Assembly: GCA_020137815.1 (NCBI GenBank)
Contig: CM035353.1
Span: 2,356,001 to 2,420,000 of the forward strand
Length of the DNA stretch: 64,000 bases
Reading direction: 5' to 3'
Origin: Hormiphora californensis
Taxonomy: Eukaryota > Animalia > Ctenophora
In this document: in pieces, positions 61,413-64,000 of the stretch
Position numbering within the stretch: the stretch's first letter is position 1
Layout of the letters: each line of letters starts with the position of its first letter
Position numbers and translations under genes: made by a program
Notes under the pieces: generated by a model
Database searches by the model: none
Seen by the model: only the letters and a program-made list of their open reading frames with translations
What the model was told of the DNA's origin: nothing

Positions 61413-64000
61413 GGTGGGTCCGGTATGCATGTACACCTGTACATGCAACGATGAAAAAAGGCAACCTTCACATAAACCTGATATAATATTTAATTTACAG
61501 ATTGTACTTAAAAAGTTAATTTATTTATTTATTATGGCAACTATTATTCGCTCGCTTTCTTTGGTGACAAAGTCAATTACAATAACTCGAACCCCGGACC
61601 AATGGCTCAAGAGGCTCAAGAGGGCGGAACACCGGGCAAGAGCGGAACAACCTGATATAATTTATTCTATTTTTCTCAAACTAATTCAAGGTGTCTGGTA
61701 AGTGATATTATTCGATGTGAAAGATACGAAAGGATATTATACCTGTAATAATCATTCATCAAGAAAGAGATTCGTGACTTTAATAGCTCAGCAAAAGTGA
61801 TGAATTGATACAGTACCACACTAACCGGTAGATGAACCCGTTTATATTATGAGTAGAGAAGAGTTCTATCGACTTAACGCTGAAATGGCAGAGCAAGGAG
61901 CCTATCTTTACAACCTTCCCATGGATCTAGGGGCTAAAATACTATTTATTTCACTGTTTCTTAAATAATCAGTTGCAGGAAATGAACAAAGTCAGTAAGC
62001 GTCCGGAAGGATGGACATTTAATGGAAAAGTGTCAAGATGAATGCTGAAAAAACATAAAAAGTAGGGCTAAAAAAAGCTGAAAAAGGCCAACATAAAAAA
62101 GCCATCAACCAAAATCAGGGTACCTTTAGCTTTTTTTAGGGCTGGCCCCCCCCCCAGTCTACCATTCAATGTTTTGTCATATCATGGGGGGGGGGTTAAC
62201 CCTAAAATTTTCTCCTTCACTTCAGAAAACGGCGGATCAGACGCAACATCCCTGCCCTCCACAGATACCCCTGGTGCCAGAGAAGTTATATTGCAGTTAC
62301 AATTCAATTTTTATGTCATATCATTTGGGGGGGGGGGGGGATTTCAACCCTAAAATTCTCTCCCTCTCACTATTCTTCTCCCTTTCATAATATCCCCGCT
62401 CCTTCACTTTGAAGGAAACTTCGGCCCAGACGCTACACCCCTGCAGCCCTCCATGATAGATGCCCCTGGAGAAGGTATATTGCAGTCTACCATTCAATTT
62501 TTACTTCACTTTGGGTATTGGTACCATGCGACTATAACAGCAACTAAACAAAGAGGTAATGAAAACACTATCTCTATCCCTCTATCTCTCTATCTGTTCT
62601 TGGTTTATATCTAAATGAAAAAACTAAACAATCTGTATTTGAGCTCAAAGCTGAACAAATTTATTATTCTCAGGATTGAAGTACAAGGTCGTTTTCGACG
62701 ACGATGGAATATCCAAGTGGACGAATGACATTGCAGAAAAGGGGACACATGAGGTAAGAACCCCCTAGAAGAAACGCTAGAAAAGTCATCACCTGTTTAT
62801 TAATTATCTGAGACCCCGGTCTCAGTATGTTGTTTCTTCAAAATATTAAAAAATTGTACCATCCGAGGTATTATATTGCCACACCTGTGACATCACACAA
62901 TTGGTACACTAAATAGTGACTACCACAGGTTGAAGAGGAATGGGGGTCCGACTGTATTATGTTTACAAAAGGTTAAGACTGAGAGAAACAAGGAGAAGGC
63001 TAATGGTGCCGAGAAAAGAATTATGATCATCAATCTTCCTAACTGATAACTTGATAACTTCTCTTGAGAGGTGACTCCCCATGTTATGGAGCAAGAGTGT
63101 GTTGTTTTTCTTCTTTTTAAAACAGAACTGTTTAACCAGAACTTTAATATCCAATTTTAAAACGTTTTTTAGTGTGCCCCACTAAGGACACACTAGACTA
63201 AGAGTCGGCGAAAATAAAATAAACACCATTTTTGAGAATTGGGTAATCTGAGTCGGCAAAAAGAAAATAAGCACCGGTGGGCCAGTTGAGGTGGAAAGCA
63301 AGAATGGATGAAGCGGCAACGCAAACTCCACCTCTGATCCTCCATGACCAGGAAACGCAGACTCCCTCCCAGGAAACACGTCACATCCGGTAAGACCCTG
63401 CATCCTATCTACAACCAATAACAAGTAACTATAACTATCGTTGCTTCCCTGCAGCAGGGGGTGTGTGGATAGAGATGCAGCAAAAAAGACCATCCAGAGT
63501 CACATACGATATTTGGAGGAAACAGTTGAAAGTCATCGAGCCCGCAACACAAAGTTAGAGGAGGAGAGTCGGTGCAACAGCACAACTTGTTACAAACATG
63601 AATTGCTCACAATTTGACGCACCTCATATAAAAGGTCCTCTACTGTGCAAGATGTTCGTGGCATTCCCACCTGCCTAAGGTGACCTGGGGAGTGAACACT
63701 GAACGTACCAACGAAATAATGCCATTTCTTCAGAACCTGGTCGGCAATATCCCTACGAGACTTGAAATAGGATTATATGCACATACTGCAAAGGCGTGAA
63801 GCCCTATGGACACAATCTCGGGCTTGTAAGAACCGATGTCCAAAACATCACACACACATGATCTTTAAATATGATGTTTGAAAGCAATGACATAGAATGG
63901 GTGAAGTATAATATATATTTTCGATGATGACATCCGCCTCCTCCCGAGGGTAAAAGAGAGGAGGTAGCACGAGGTACAGGCTGCTGAAGATATCACTTAT

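Noticed and set aside
62960-64000. Possible 7TM pseudogene on the minus strand
   Set aside because: Only scattered hydrophobic stretches with many stops; not supportable.

Overview
Repeat-rich eukaryotic (metazoan) genomic DNA with GT-AG introns and long (GA)n tracts. It is probably from a ctenophore, inferred from an LDLa-GPCR and a 'DLE..PLQIKT' domain gene, but this is not verified. 1.8-20.3 kb holds the 3' part of a multi-exon BLTP3/UHRF1BP1-like gene (+). Its introns contain an LDLa-type GPCR (-), an interleaved MDH1B-like gene (-), a Penelope-like retroelement (-), many MITEs, and tandem arrays built from its own splice sites. 28-35.6 kb holds a secreted two-domain + sushi gene with a 4.5-kb long-TIR DNA transposon in an intron, which itself carries a 1.4-kb palindrome. 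43.4-53.8 kb is the highlight: an intact, very young Ty3/gypsy element (247-bp LTRs, 1 mismatch) with gag, -1 frameshifted pol, a class I fusion env and two extra accessory ORFs. A single donor in gag splices in frame to both env and ORF4, a complex-retrovirus-like organisation. 54-61.5 kb contains decaying SIAH/Sina-like RING copies and transposase relics. All homology calls come from motif recognition by eye; no searches were run.
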